Source: a virus
Strand: one strand, 5' to 3'
Virus record (IMG/VR): IMGVR_UViG_3300020418_000005
Location: 1 to 64,000 of that record
DNA: 64,000 nucleotides
Shown: positions 1-9,693 of the stretch, piece by piece
Position numbering within the stretch: position 1 is the stretch's first letter
Layout: each line of letters opens with the position of its first letter
Made by a program: the position numbers and the translations under genes
Notes under the pieces: model-generated
Told to the model about the DNA's origin: nothing
Seen by the model: only the letters and a program-made list of their open reading frames with translations
The model's database searches: none

Positions 1-554
1 TAGTTAGCTGCAGTTGTACCGCCACCAGTAGCATCGTTAAGTAAACCTGGGTTAGCATCTGTTGTACCACCGTCTCCTAGAGGAGAGATAGGATCGTTGA
101 ATGCTGCAGGTCCTTGTGAGTTACCTGAGAAGTTTGCATCTGGTTCGTTGTAAAGTGCTTCGTTACCAGCTCTTAGTGCTGCACCATTTTGCTGATAATG
201 TGACTTCATCGCAAAGATTAGTCCTGTAGGACCGCTCATTGGTTGTACACCACATATGTCGTATGCTACCAAGTTTGGCATAGCACGACGGATGAGGCTG
301 ATCATTACTGGGTCGAAACCAGCTAGACCGCCTGTTTTTGTATCAAGTCCAGAACCTGAGAGTGCGTTTGTACCAATGGCACCAACTGTGTTGGATGCTT
401 CATTGATCATACCACGCTCTTCTCTAAGTTGAGACTCTGTGTTTTCTAACAAAACAGCGGTAACTGCCTTTCTATAATTGTCTTTGATGGCACCAGCACC
501 TTCATGACTTAGAACAGGGTTCCACTTTTCTGTTAGAGCTTTTGAGTTAAACAT
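1..554 (-). CDS. g23: Major capsid protein gp23 (5' part; runs off the window)
   Basis: Not in the ORF track. Manual translation from the ATG at 554 gives MFNSKALTEKWNPVLSHEG...KAVTAVLLEN...GFDPVMISLIRRAMPNLVAYDICGVQPMSGPTGLIFAMKS, typical of gp23. Lies directly downstream of gp22. Confidence 0.97.
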   Translation of the reverse strand, partial: MFNSKALTEKWNPVLSHEGAGAIKDNYRKAVTAVLLENTESQLREERGMINEASNTVGAIGTNALSGSGLDTKTGGLAGFDPVMISLIRRAMPNLVAYDICGVQPMSGPTGLIFAMKSHYQQNGAALRAGNEALYNEPDANFSGNSQGPAAFNDPISPLGDGGTTDANPGLLNDATGGGTTAAN

Positions 555-586
555 TTGCTCTTATGAGAAAAATTGGGGGATATAAT

Positions 587-1762
587 TTATTGCCAGCGAT
601 TCATAGCATCAAGGTATTGTGCCATTGCTGGACTAATATCCTTATCTGATGCTCCTTCTACTGGAGTTTCGTCTGCAACTTCACTTTGTGTTACAGTTTT
701 TTCTGTGAAGTAAGACTCTTTGATAGTTTTCACTTTCTTAGAGAACTCCTCCTCAGTTGTAAACTCAACACCCTCAGCGAGTGCAGCGAGTTTGTCCTTC
801 TGAGTATCTGCCAATCCTTCTGAAACAGTATTCAGAATATTTGTTTTTGCAGTCTCATTTAGACGGGATTGTAATTTCACATTAGCTTTGACCTGTTCGT
901 CAAGCTTGGTTTCCATCTCACGAATAGAGTCAGCCATACCTTCTACCACATCAACTTTATCATCTGGGATAGAAATGTAGTGCTCCTCAAAGAGACCCTT
1001 AAGACCCGCAATGAAGTCTTCGGTGATCTCATTTCTTATTCCACGGTCAACAGCAACTTGATTTTGCTCCATCCATTGACCTATGGCGTAGTTCACTGTG
1101 CCATCTACTTCCTCGGAAAGCTCTGCCTTAGCAGTATCTACTTGCTTTTCGAGTTCTGTAGCAAAGTGTTCTACAAGCTTGTCGTACTCTTCAGAAAGTT
1201 TTGCCTTGATTGCTGCTTCAAAGATAGTCTTTGCTTTCTCGGCAAACTCTTTTGAGAGTTCTGTTCCCTCTAATAGGGCGTTGACATCATCGGAGACATC
1301 AAGGTCTTCGTATGATGGTTTGATTGGATATGTAACCTGAGAACCTGTTCCAGTTCCGTATGCTGCATCAGCACCAACTGTAGGTTGTTTACCCATATCA
1401 CCAGCATCACTAATGTTAGATGTTTGAGCAGACCCATCGCTTTGTGCTGCCTTGTCTCCTACAGGAGCGGCTGCCTTAGCACCTGGATTGTCTTCTCCAT
1501 CATCATCATGCTCATTAGGAGTTGTGGATGTACCACCTAAATCTGCAGGAGCAGATTGTCCATATGATTGACCAGCATCAACTTTAGGTGCAGGATCTTT
1601 TCCTGTACCATTTGATGTCTGTGCATCAGAAACTTGAGATGGTTCGCTACCTGTGCCTGGTATGACGTTTGCGGAAACAGTCGGCATAGGGTCGCCTTCC
1701 ACGATAGTCACTTTTTGCTCGGTAGCAAACTCTTCAAATTTTTCGTTAAGTTTATCTGACAT
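587..1762 (-). CDS. g22: Prohead core scaffolding protein gp22
   Basis: LSKEFAEKAKTIFEAA and FIAGLKGLFEEHYI motifs; acidic coiled coil; located between gp21 and gp23. Confidence 0.93.
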   Translation of the reverse strand: MSDKLNEKFEEFATEQKVTIVEGDPMPTVSANVIPGTGSEPSQVSDAQTSNGTGKDPAPKVDAGQSYGQSAPADLGGTSTTPNEHDDDGEDNPGAKAAAPVGDKAAQSDGSAQTSNISDAGDMGKQPTVGADAAYGTGTGSQVTYPIKPSYEDLDVSDDVNALLEGTELSKEFAEKAKTIFEAAIKAKLSEEYDKLVEHFATELEKQVDTAKAELSEEVDGTVNYAIGQWMEQNQVAVDRGIRNEITEDFIAGLKGLFEEHYISIPDDKVDVVEGMADSIREMETKLDEQVKANVKLQSRLNETAKTNILNTVSEGLADTQKDKLAALAEGVEFTTEEEFSKKVKTIKESYFTEKTVTQSEVADETPVEGASDKDISPAMAQYLDAMNRWQ

Positions 1763-1802
1763 TAGAGTTTACCTTAATAATTTTCCGTATAGTGATATGA
1801 AT

Positions 1803-1810
1803 TATTTATA
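1803..1810 (-). promoter_or_regulatory. T4-type late promoter TATAAATA for g22-g23
   Basis: Perfect TATAAATA on the minus strand, intergenic, about 40 nt upstream of the g22 ATG. Confidence 0.8.
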
Positions 1811-1813
1811 GAA

Positions 1814-2458
1814 TCAAAGATTTGAGAGGAAATGCTCAAAAACTTGGAGCGTTTTTGCCTCTACATCACGGCGACTTGCGTCACTCATTATCTGTTTATA
1901 TTTAGCAACTTCAGTTTCCTTTAGTATACCATTACACCAAACCCATTCTTTACCTTCCATGATTCCATTAACGAAAGCATCGGGTGCGGAGGGGTCTGCT
2001 ACTATATCTGCAGCAGTGGTGAGCATGAAGTCATCACGCACAACATTGCAACTTTCTGTTTTGTCGATGCTTCCCATACCACGTGAGGAAACACCTAACT
2101 GAACACCTTCACCAAGTAAGTTCTTAGCGATGTTACCCATTGGTGTATCTAGGATCTGTGCCTTACCAATAAAATTATTTCCCTCTGCTTTGAGTGAAGT
2201 AATTCTATGAGATACTCTATCAAGATTGATAGTAGGACCATCGGGATGTCCAAGTTCACCGAGAGCACGTTTTGATTTTACATACTCCTCATTGTATCTC
2301 TTAACCTCACGGTCAAGAACAGCGAAGGGGTACATACGACCATTGCGATTTTTTAACTCAGATTGTAAGAACACTCCTTCAATATAAAGAAGTTTCTTTC
2401 CGTTTTTCTCTTCTGTTATGAGTTTAACGTCTTCAATCGTTTCCGTTATCAGTTTCAT
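1814..2458 (-). CDS. g21: Prohead protease gp21 (start revised to MKLITE at 2458)
   Basis: LYIEGVFLQ, NRNGRMYP, ALGELGHP, GVSSRGMGS and DIVADPSAPDAFV motifs. Confidence 0.96.
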   Translation of the reverse strand: MKLITETIEDVKLITEEKNGKKLLYIEGVFLQSELKNRNGRMYPFAVLDREVKRYNEEYVKSKRALGELGHPDGPTINLDRVSHRITSLKAEGNNFIGKAQILDTPMGNIAKNLLGEGVQLGVSSRGMGSIDKTESCNVVRDDFMLTTAADIVADPSAPDAFVNGIMEGKEWVWCNGILKETEVAKYKQIMSDASRRDVEAKTLQVFEHFLSNL

Positions 2459-2657
2459 TGCTTGGTATCTCTGTCTCGGTTGGTTCATCAAAGAATGTAT
2501 TAGCAACCACTTTCTTGTAATCTGCCATTGCTTGAGAAGCTTTGCCAAATAACATGTCATGGATTGCATCAATTGCAGATGCTCGTTGGTTATTGTCAAT
2601 CTTATCGACAATATCTACAGCACCAAGTTCTTTGTTAACATCTGTATTTTCAGTCAT
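2433..2657 (-). CDS. Small acidic protein between portal and protease; probable prohead core protein (gp67/gp68 position)
   Basis: 74 aa starting MTENTDVNK, with ATAAATA just upstream. The assignment rests on synteny only. Confidence 0.6.
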   Translation of the reverse strand: MTENTDVNKELGAVDIVDKIDNNQRASAIDAIHDMLFGKASQAMADYKKVVANTFFDEPTETEIPSNETDNGND

Positions 2658-2676
2658 AATATTCTTGTAGCATTTA

Positions 2677-4368
2677 TTATTTATTATTATTTGTTGGTTT
2701 AGATGCGGAAAGTGGTGGTTTAGGTGCACGTTTCTCCTTATCTAACTCCCTTTCTACAGCGTCATCAGCCTGTTGTGCTTGAATTTCTGGAGCAAATGCA
2801 GTGTTCTGACGATCCATAGTGTCAAATGTATTGACATCTTGTGGTGACATAACTATACCAGCATCAATCTCTTGCTGCATCTCCTTATCTAACTCTCTCA
2901 TATCTCGATTAGTTTGACCAAGAACTTCCTTACGAATGTGTGCCACGGAGTAGTATTTGCCAACAAAAGGATCCATCTGTGTGACAGTTGCTATGCGTTG
3001 GTTAAACATCTCAATGTTCTTTAATTCATTGAAGTGATTGTCAAATAAGAAGTCATACTGTATATGCTCTTTCATATCTTCCCAATCTTCTGGAGCAATA
3101 ACTCCTTTTAGAATGAGTTGAGTCTTAAGCATATCTTGGAACATCTCACTAAATCTTTTGCGGAGACGACCAATGAACTTAGTAAACTTAAGTTCGTCAC
3201 GGAGAACCTCTGTTGTCTTACCAAGGTTAAATCCTTTGTTGTCATCTGTAAGACGAGATGGAGGTAAGTTTAAACTGTTGTATAATTTCTTTTTAAAATA
3301 CTCAACATCCTTGAGTTCACCTAAGTTCTGACCACCTGGCAATGTAGTAATCTCTGTTCCTCTGCCACCTTCTCTACGTGGTAACCAGAAGTCTTCGAGC
3401 ATACTCATATGCTTTTTGTCATCTCTCATCTCTCCAGTGTTAGCATCATATACTAACTTGTTCCTATAACGAGACATAACGTCACGGAGATACTGCTCCG
3501 CTTTTACCTTAGGTAAGTTACCTACGTCAATGTAGAATATTCTACGCTCAGGTGCACGAGAAAGTCTGTATATAACTAGAGAGTCCTCGATCATTCTCAA
3601 TTGATTGAGAGACTTGATTGCCTTGTGTAAGAAACCAAGAGTCATTCTCTTGTTTAAATCTTGTAGTCCAGAAGGGCAGAATGTAATAGAATCTATTGCC
3701 ATCTTGACACCTTGCGACAATGACATGTCACCAACAGGTCCTAAAACACCACCTTTATAAAAACCTTTTGGATTATAAAGGTAATAATCTACAAATGTTC
3801 CGTACTCAAACTCTAATGCTGTACCTTTTATTGCTTGACGTGCTAGAGAATCTTTTGGTGTTTGATCAATTTTTTGTCGAACCTTCTTGATCTTCATAGG
3901 ATCAATATAACGAAGTTCCGTAATACCTTTCTTAGGATTCTCTAGGTCTATAACTTTATGATAATATAATCTTCCGTCAATATACCAAGATCTGACAATC
4001 TCATGTGCTCGATTGTCAAAGTTTAAAAGTCTTTTGAGATATTCAAACTCATCTCTTACCTTCTTCTTGATACCCATTCCAGCATCAAGATTATCTAAAT
4101 TTATTTCAACGGGAGTGTCATGAGCATCACTCACAACAAACTCGTTTACTACTTCGTCTACTGCACTATCCACCTCAGGGTGTAGTGCCATATCACGATA
4201 ACGACGGATCATCTCATACTCATTACGAGCTTGATTGTCCGTATCCACATACGTTCCATAGTAGCCTCCTGCTGCTACAGCAATCGACTCCTCAGCATTA
4301 GGAGGGACAGGGGACTGACCCTTCTTTCCCTCCTTACGTTGTATTTGGAAACCAAATAATTGACTCAT
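2677..4368 (-). CDS. g20: Portal vertex protein gp20
   Basis: YRLSRAPERRIFYIDVGNLPK, MLEDFWLPRREGGRGTEITTLPGG and RDELKF motifs. Confidence 0.98.
   Translation of the reverse strand: MSQLFGFQIQRKEGKKGQSPVPPNAEESIAVAAGGYYGTYVDTDNQARNEYEMIRRYRDMALHPEVDSAVDEVVNEFVVSDAHDTPVEINLDNLDAGMGIKKKVRDEFEYLKRLLNFDNRAHEIVRSWYIDGRLYYHKVIDLENPKKGITELRYIDPMKIKKVRQKIDQTPKDSLARQAIKGTALEFEYGTFVDYYLYNPKGFYKGGVLGPVGDMSLSQGVKMAIDSITFCPSGLQDLNKRMTLGFLHKAIKSLNQLRMIEDSLVIYRLSRAPERRIFYIDVGNLPKVKAEQYLRDVMSRYRNKLVYDANTGEMRDDKKHMSMLEDFWLPRREGGRGTEITTLPGGQNLGELKDVEYFKKKLYNSLNLPPSRLTDDNKGFNLGKTTEVLRDELKFTKFIGRLRKRFSEMFQDMLKTQLILKGVIAPEDWEDMKEHIQYDFLFDNHFNELKNIEMFNQRIATVTQMDPFVGKYYSVAHIRKEVLGQTNRDMRELDKEMQQEIDAGIVMSPQDVNTFDTMDRQNTAFAPEIQAQQADDAVERELDKEKRAPKPPLSASKPTNNNK
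2678..2684 (-). promoter_or_regulatory. Late promoter ATAAATA overlapping the g20 stop
   Basis: TATTTAT on the + strand, about 20 nt upstream of the 2657 ATG. Confidence 0.55.
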
Positions 4369-4397
4369 CTACCTAGTCATAATAGTGCTCTTACTTA

Positions 4398-4404
4398 TAT
4401 TTAG
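4398..4404 (-). promoter_or_regulatory. Late promoter variant CTAAATA upstream of g20
   Basis: Intergenic; the same motif recurs upstream of g18, g13, the fibre gene and vrlC. Confidence 0.65.
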
Positions 4405-4413
4405 CAGAGTTAA

Positions 4414-5082
4414 TTATATGACTTTTCCGTTAGCGATCTCAGTCCTAGTTGATGCTGGTGCTTGTGATCCGCCTTTTGCCTTTTCTGCAGTGAAGTATGA
4501 GTACTGCCATTCAACAGTAAATTCTTCAATCTGATCGTTGCTGTCATATGCAAGATCAATCTGAGAAACATTAGTTGGGAAGCAATGATGCAATTGATAA
4601 GTTCTGATTGCAGAACCACCTTCTGTATCATCTTTTTCTAGTTGTGTGACAAATAGATTTGCCATGTAACCATCTCCACCACCATCTGGAAGAAATCTCT
4701 CAGCAGTGTTACCAGCGTGAGTATTGATTTCATTTGCCCATGACTCAAATAGAGCACGGATCTTGAAGTTTTTATCGTTAAAGAATGTAGCAGTCCATGT
4801 ATCAAAGGTGCGGTCACCAGCGATCTTAACTGTTCTACCTCTAAAAGGAACTTCGATTACACCCAAGTTTGATCCTGGTAATGCTGCAGACTTACAAAGA
4901 ACAGAAGTTAGTTCTTTACCCATAAGAACGCCAGCACCATCAGATGCTAACTCTCCTCCTGCTAGATCATTGATAGTTGCATCACTGAATCCTGCAGGAA
5001 ATTGGATGTCCACTGTGAACATATTAGGCTTAACGCCTTGACCAATGACTTGGAGAAACGAAGATACGTTGTTAGTTGCCAT
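4414..5082 (-). CDS. g19: Tail tube protein gp19
   Basis: LCKSAALPGSNLGVIEVPFRGR, AGDRTFDTWT, FPTNVSQIDL and IEEFTVEWQY motifs; follows the sheath gene. Confidence 0.96.
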   Translation of the reverse strand: MATNNVSSFLQVIGQGVKPNMFTVDIQFPAGFSDATINDLAGGELASDGAGVLMGKELTSVLCKSAALPGSNLGVIEVPFRGRTVKIAGDRTFDTWTATFFNDKNFKIRALFESWANEINTHAGNTAERFLPDGGGDGYMANLFVTQLEKDDTEGGSAIRTYQLHHCFPTNVSQIDLAYDSNDQIEEFTVEWQYSYFTAEKAKGGSQAPASTRTEIANGKVI

Positions 5083-5103
5083 TTGTTTTTACCTCTTGTT
5101 TAA

Positions 5104-7017
5104 TTATCTACCAACGACTTCGGCGAATGATACGCCTGTCTTCGTTGCTGTAACAGTCACGGTTACATAGTTGATAGAACGAGTTGGTTTCACATATATT
5201 TCTGCGACAAACTCATTTCTATCTATAATTTCAGCAGTATTGTTAGAGTCATCACAAACAACTAAGTAGTCTGTAACTCCTCTACGTGCTTGAACTTCAC
5301 TTAAGTATCCACTAAGTGCAGCGTTGAAACTTGCACGAGTTATACTATCGTTCTGCTCAAACAATACACCTTCTGCAAGTACTCTTGCTCTCTTCTCTAT
5401 GTTAAGGAAGAGACGTCTTACGTTGATACGATCAAACGCAGATGGAGAAGCGAGTGCAGTCTTGTCACCAAATAGGATAGGACCTGCACCAGGAAATGCT
5501 ACAACAGGGTTGATTGCTGAAGTATAAAGATCATCTCTTTGTGCTTTGTTAGGATTGAATGCAAGTTTAACTACATTTTGTAATCCACCTCTTGCGGTTC
5601 CTGCTGGAGAAATCCAGTCGTCACCAATAGTAGAAGTAGAAACACATAAACCAGCAATGTCTCCATTACATCCAATGTAACGATACTTGTCATTGAATCT
5701 ATCGTATGTGTATTTGATTCCACTGTCCTTAACAACATAAGAACTAGAACCAATACTCTCAAAGAAATCAATAGTCTTTGATAACTGAAGTGCAGGAGTT
5801 AGTGCGGAACCACCAGATGTAGCAACCTGAGCACCATTCCATGGTGAGATGAATGCGATGCAGTCTTTTCTTGTATTTGCTACAGCAGCAACACTACCAG
5901 CTTTAACTTTAGTGTCTGCCTCTGATCCCATTGATCCACCCATAAGAACAAAGTCTAAATCTGTTTCTTCTGTGTCTTGGAACAATGTATATGCCGCAGA
6001 AATTTCTCCTGTAGTATATGCGTAATCATCAGTACCACCTGATAATGCTCCACCAGCAGTCTTAAGAATTCTTGCAATCTTAATAGGAGCAGCAGATGTA
6101 GCACCGTAAGAAGCAACAGCACCACCAGGATCTTCTCCTAATGTAGTAAACTCAGCAGATGTCAATGCACCAGCGTAAATATATCCAGAGAATTCGTTAA
6201 CGTAATCCTTCCAGTAGATTGAAGAACCTTCTGGAGACTTAGCGTCAGATATCTTAGAGAGATATGTCATTCTCTCGACAATTGTGTTAGTTGATGTATC
6301 AACGATTGCAACGTGTACCTCATCCATTGTGATGTAGCGTTCTGTTGCAAATGCGGAACTACCTGGTCTAGGACCTACTTCTTTATATGTTAAACCAGTT
6401 GTACCAATTTGAGTTGCGTTCCAGTCTGAGTTAGTAAATGCTGCGGATGTATCTCCAGCTGCTGGAGTAGGAGCAGCAGTTCCTTGAATAATTCTAACTG
6501 TGTTTGCGTCAACAACTTCTACAACCTCATGTCCAACAGCAGCATCGTCAGTGTATGTACCACCAACTGATAAACCGTGTCCAGTTTTTGTAATTGTAAA
6601 GTCGGGACCTTTGTCCACAATAACAACATGAAGATTATTTCCGTCTGCACCAGCAGTACGAGCAATAAACTTTTCTGATGAACCAGCACCAGCATCATAA
6701 TCTTCTTTTGATCCAACTAATACTGCTGAACCATCTAAAGTTGCGTTGAGTACACCAGTTTCTGCACGAACAACAGAGAGTTGTCCACCGTAGCGGAGGA
6801 ACTCAGATGCTACTAACCAGTCACCAGCATTAGCCTCAGCTGGTGCTCCGAAGATATCAATTAATTCTCTTTCGGATCCTATATTTGTAATTTTGCCTAC
6901 AGGTCCACTGCGAAATGATGATGCAAATCCAGCACGAAGACCAGAAACACCAACCAAGACACCAGTAGATAGATCACGTTCTCTAATAACAACACCAGGC
7001 GAGACTTGACTTGCCAT
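5104..7017 (-). CDS. g18: Tail sheath protein gp18
   Basis: SPGVVIRERD N-terminus; WISPAG, GDKT, FDRINVRRLF, FEQND and IYVKPTRSINYV motifs. Confidence 0.97.
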   Translation of the reverse strand: MASQVSPGVVIRERDLSTGVLVGVSGLRAGFASSFRSGPVGKITNIGSERELIDIFGAPAEANAGDWLVASEFLRYGGQLSVVRAETGVLNATLDGSAVLVGSKEDYDAGAGSSEKFIARTAGADGNNLHVVIVDKGPDFTITKTGHGLSVGGTYTDDAAVGHEVVEVVDANTVRIIQGTAAPTPAAGDTSAAFTNSDWNATQIGTTGLTYKEVGPRPGSSAFATERYITMDEVHVAIVDTSTNTIVERMTYLSKISDAKSPEGSSIYWKDYVNEFSGYIYAGALTSAEFTTLGEDPGGAVASYGATSAAPIKIARILKTAGGALSGGTDDYAYTTGEISAAYTLFQDTEETDLDFVLMGGSMGSEADTKVKAGSVAAVANTRKDCIAFISPWNGAQVATSGGSALTPALQLSKTIDFFESIGSSSYVVKDSGIKYTYDRFNDKYRYIGCNGDIAGLCVSTSTIGDDWISPAGTARGGLQNVVKLAFNPNKAQRDDLYTSAINPVVAFPGAGPILFGDKTALASPSAFDRINVRRLFLNIEKRARVLAEGVLFEQNDSITRASFNAALSGYLSEVQARRGVTDYLVVCDDSNNTAEIIDRNEFVAEIYVKPTRSINYVTVTVTATKTGVSFAEVVGR

Positions 7018-7053
7018 TTAATTTTACCTCTAAGATATCATTTTATCTAGAAG

Positions 7054-7060
7054 TATTTAG
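7054..7060 (-). promoter_or_regulatory. Late promoter CTAAATA upstream of g18
   Basis: Intergenic; followed by a GAGGT Shine-Dalgarno sequence before the ATG. Confidence 0.65.
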
Positions 7061-7101
7061 ATATTTCTATCCCTCCACAGGGGAAACAACACACGAACAA
7101 C

Positions 7102-7335
7102 CTACCAGTCTGGATAGTGACCTTCCTTTATTTTCTTTTTACTCTTTCTTTTTGCTACTATTCTTTTGATTGTACAGTCCTTACACTCGTAAGAATATGC
7201 AGATGGTAAACCTTTCTTTTGTTTTCTTGACATGTAGAAATCTTCCAGTAGATTCTTGATCTGATTACAAGTTCTACATCTTCTATCTTTGAATAGTAAA
7301 TGTTCTAACTCAAATTGACTATCAAGATCCATCAT
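7102..7335 (-). CDS. Small zinc-finger protein (CxxC...CxxC)
   Basis: CRTC...YECKDC with a basic C-terminus; resembles the Zn-ribbon modules found at the N-terminus of phage endonucleases. Confidence 0.75.
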   Translation of the reverse strand: MMDLDSQFELEHLLFKDRRCRTCNQIKNLLEDFYMSRKQKKGLPSAYSYECKDCTIKRIVAKRKSKKKIKEGHYPDW

Positions 7336-7412
7336 AGTATTCTACCGCAGTTACATTTTTTTCCTTTATATTTTGAACATTTCCATTTTTTGCATTTCTT
7401 TTTCTTTTTCAC
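7332..7412 (-). CDS. 26-aa Lys/Cys-rich micro-ORF (MKKKKKCKKWKCSKYKGKKCNCGRIL)
   Basis: The GTG start overlaps the g17 TGA stop (GTGA), and its TGA overlaps the next ATG (ATGA), so it fills the gap exactly. Confidence 0.6.
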   Translation of the reverse strand: MKKKKKCKKWKCSKYKGKKCNCGRIL

Positions 7413-9058
7413 AGATCAGGAATCATGTAATCAACTGTTTCTTCTTTATCTCCATACCAGAAAGATCCATCCGCATCCACAAATGTATCATCTCCTAGAC
7501 CATCATCTATAAAACCAAATGGTGCCATGTCTTGTTCTATTTGATTTCGTTGTTCTTCATAAATTCTTCTTCTGACATCTTGGTCAGTCATTTCTTTAAA
7601 GTAGTCTTGCATGACTAACCATGCAAACAATACCATACACATAACAAGATCATCATGGTAACCTTCGTCTGCCTCCCATGCTTGCTTTCTTTGTATGAAT
7701 GTAGTAAGTTCTTGAAGAATATCGAAATCGGTAAACGTTAATTTATCTTCTTCTATAATTGCTTTTAGATTGGCACATCCAATTTTCTTGACAGTAATAC
7801 TCATCTTAACACCTAACTGTGTCTTTGTTCCTGAGAATCCTTGTCCTACTATCTGCCCTGCCCTACCTCTCATAGCACACATGAGTACGTTAGGATATTC
7901 TAGATCATAGTTAAGTGTTGCTGCTATCGAGTCTCCTATGTCATTTACCTCAACAAGTATATAAGGATTGTTATATTCCTTTGCTACTTGAAAGATGACC
8001 GAGGGAAACAGTACAGGTTTAATCTCATTATTTCTGTACTTCGCAACGATCTTGTACGGGAGAGTGGTGATATCAAACACGATGAAAGCAGAATAGTCGC
8101 CACCAATTCCTCTGGCAACATCAACAGTAATAATATATTCGTGATCCTCTTCTGCTCTCGCAAAAACATCAAGTCCTGCATTTGAATTAATTGGGTCATT
8201 GAACGGAATGCATTGTAATTTTGCTGGACTGATAAGTGTATCAGCAGACCCCAAGAAGTCGCATTCAAACTCTTGTGCAAATTGTCTCTTAGATGTATTC
8301 TTTATTGTCTCTTCTTTCCACTTCTTATCTCTGCCAGGTACTTGTGACCAATGAACTTCGTTTGTTATGTAACCGTTCTTATCGTTTCTAGCATCTTCCC
8401 ACATCTTATAGAAGTGGTTCATGCCATTAGGAGTGGATATGATTATGACTTTAGTTGATTTACCAGAAGTAATAGTAGGATATACCGATGCAAAGAATTG
8501 TTCTGCGACGTGGTTAGGGACGAATGCAAACTCGTCAAGGAATAGAATGTTGAAGGACATACCTCTAACTGCACTAGCAGACGTAGAAGCAGCCAATATT
8601 TTTGATCCGTTTTCGAGTTCGACATTACCCTTGTTCCATACTAAAATACCGTGTTGCATCCACTTTGGTAGATTTTCGTATGCTAGTTGGAGTCTTCCGA
8701 GTAGTTCCCTTGCAGTTGAAGCTTTGTTAGCGAGTATACCAATATTAACACTGTCATAGAAGATAGCGTAATATAAAAGGTAGGCCACAACAGTAGTACT
8801 TTTACCTGTTTGCCTAGGGAGTTTAGCAATGTTAAATCTATTTTCATGAAAGTCCTGTAAGATTCTTTTTTGAAAATCATACATGTCAAAAGGAACTAGA
8901 CCTTCATCAAGTGAGATGATTTTTATATAATGGGTAGCAAAATATATTGGATCTTTTCTACATTTGATCCATTCTTGTACTTGCTTCTTTGTAAATTGTA
9001 TAGGTGTACCCGCCTTCTTTAGGTTGGGATTACCTAGATATACATCATTAGTTGCCAT
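7409..9058 (-). CDS. g17: Terminase large subunit gp17
   Basis: Walker A PRQTGKST, Walker B ILFLDEFAF, STPNG, nuclease motifs DVARG and HDDLVM. No intein-sized insertion. Confidence 0.98.
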   Translation of the reverse strand: MATNDVYLGNPNLKKAGTPIQFTKKQVQEWIKCRKDPIYFATHYIKIISLDEGLVPFDMYDFQKRILQDFHENRFNIAKLPRQTGKSTTVVAYLLYYAIFYDSVNIGILANKASTARELLGRLQLAYENLPKWMQHGILVWNKGNVELENGSKILAASTSASAVRGMSFNILFLDEFAFVPNHVAEQFFASVYPTITSGKSTKVIIISTPNGMNHFYKMWEDARNDKNGYITNEVHWSQVPGRDKKWKEETIKNTSKRQFAQEFECDFLGSADTLISPAKLQCIPFNDPINSNAGLDVFARAEEDHEYIITVDVARGIGGDYSAFIVFDITTLPYKIVAKYRNNEIKPVLFPSVIFQVAKEYNNPYILVEVNDIGDSIAATLNYDLEYPNVLMCAMRGRAGQIVGQGFSGTKTQLGVKMSITVKKIGCANLKAIIEEDKLTFTDFDILQELTTFIQRKQAWEADEGYHDDLVMCMVLFAWLVMQDYFKEMTDQDVRRRIYEEQRNQIEQDMAPFGFIDDGLGDDTFVDADGSFWYGDKEETVDYMIPDL

Positions 9059-9061
9059 ACC

Positions 9062-9265
9062 TTATTTATCGTCAGGGTCTTCTAATCCCTTAAACACCAA
9101 TAACTCATCGCCATCTTGCACCTCTTTCATCTCAGGATGCATTTTTTTCTGTGGTTTCCTTACGTCTTCTAATACAGCACCTGTCATCCTCCACATAAAT
9201 GCAAAGGTTGCACCAACAACTGATGCAAACATAATACCAAATATGAATATGGTTATGTCATTCAT
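9062..9265 (-). CDS. Small membrane protein, DUF2973-like
   Basis: N-terminal TM helix followed by an HPEM...GDELLV motif. Confidence 0.65.
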   Translation of the reverse strand: MNDITIFIFGIMFASVVGATFAFMWRMTGAVLEDVRKPQKKMHPEMKEVQDGDELLVFKGLEDPDDK

Positions 9266-9458
9266 GATCTATATGAGTAAAAGAGTATTCTAATAACATA
9301 GCATAAAATTGACTCTTCATTTCCTCTAGATATACTTTATCATCCTTGTCGTATCCATTCTCTAGAGCAAAAGTAATTAGACGATGCATTGTTCTAGCAT
9401 CAGTAATGCCAATCTCTAAATGGATATTCCAATCATCAATAGGATCTTCTATGTTCAT
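9258..9458 (-). CDS. Hypothetical protein
   Basis: 66 aa; overlaps both neighbours on the coding strand. Confidence 0.65.
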   Translation of the reverse strand: MNIEDPIDDWNIHLEIGITDARTMHRLITFALENGYDKDDKVYLEEMKSQFYAMLLEYSFTHIDHE

Positions 9459-9688
9459 GAGTATTTGAAACAGTTGTTCTTTTCTCTTCCTTCTACATAT
9501 TTTTCTAATGCTTCTAATCTATCATCTTGTTTCGCAATACCATCTAGTTCTTGCTCAACTGCTGCCATAATATTAGAGTGCTCACCAATACCAACAGGAT
9601 TGTGTAAGTAAACATCAATATTAACTAGGTGTTTTTTGATCTCTCCATTAGCGGATGCTTTGAGAGCTTCAATCATTCTACTTTTCAT
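9455..9688 (-). CDS. Hypothetical phage protein (NPVGIGEH motif)
   Basis: 77 aa. I recognise YLHNPVGIGEHSNI as a motif of marine T4-like phage proteins. Confidence 0.75.
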   Translation of the reverse strand: MKSRMIEALKASANGEIKKHLVNIDVYLHNPVGIGEHSNIMAAVEQELDGIAKQDDRLEALEKYVEGREKNNCFKYS

Positions 9689-9693
9689 AATAG

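Noticed and set aside
2459-2729. Long N-terminal extensions of gp21 and of the 98-aa ORF
   Set aside because: They overlap upstream genes. Homology-like sequence and promoter position favour starts at 2458 and 2657.
7071-7085. Possible hairpin or terminator upstream of g18 (CCCT-CCAC-AGGG)
   Set aside because: The stem is only about 4 bp and there is no convincing U-tract.
7409-9058. Intein or intron in the terminase (portal and sheath also considered)
   Set aside because: Lengths and motif spacing are normal, and no homing-endonuclease or splice motifs were seen.
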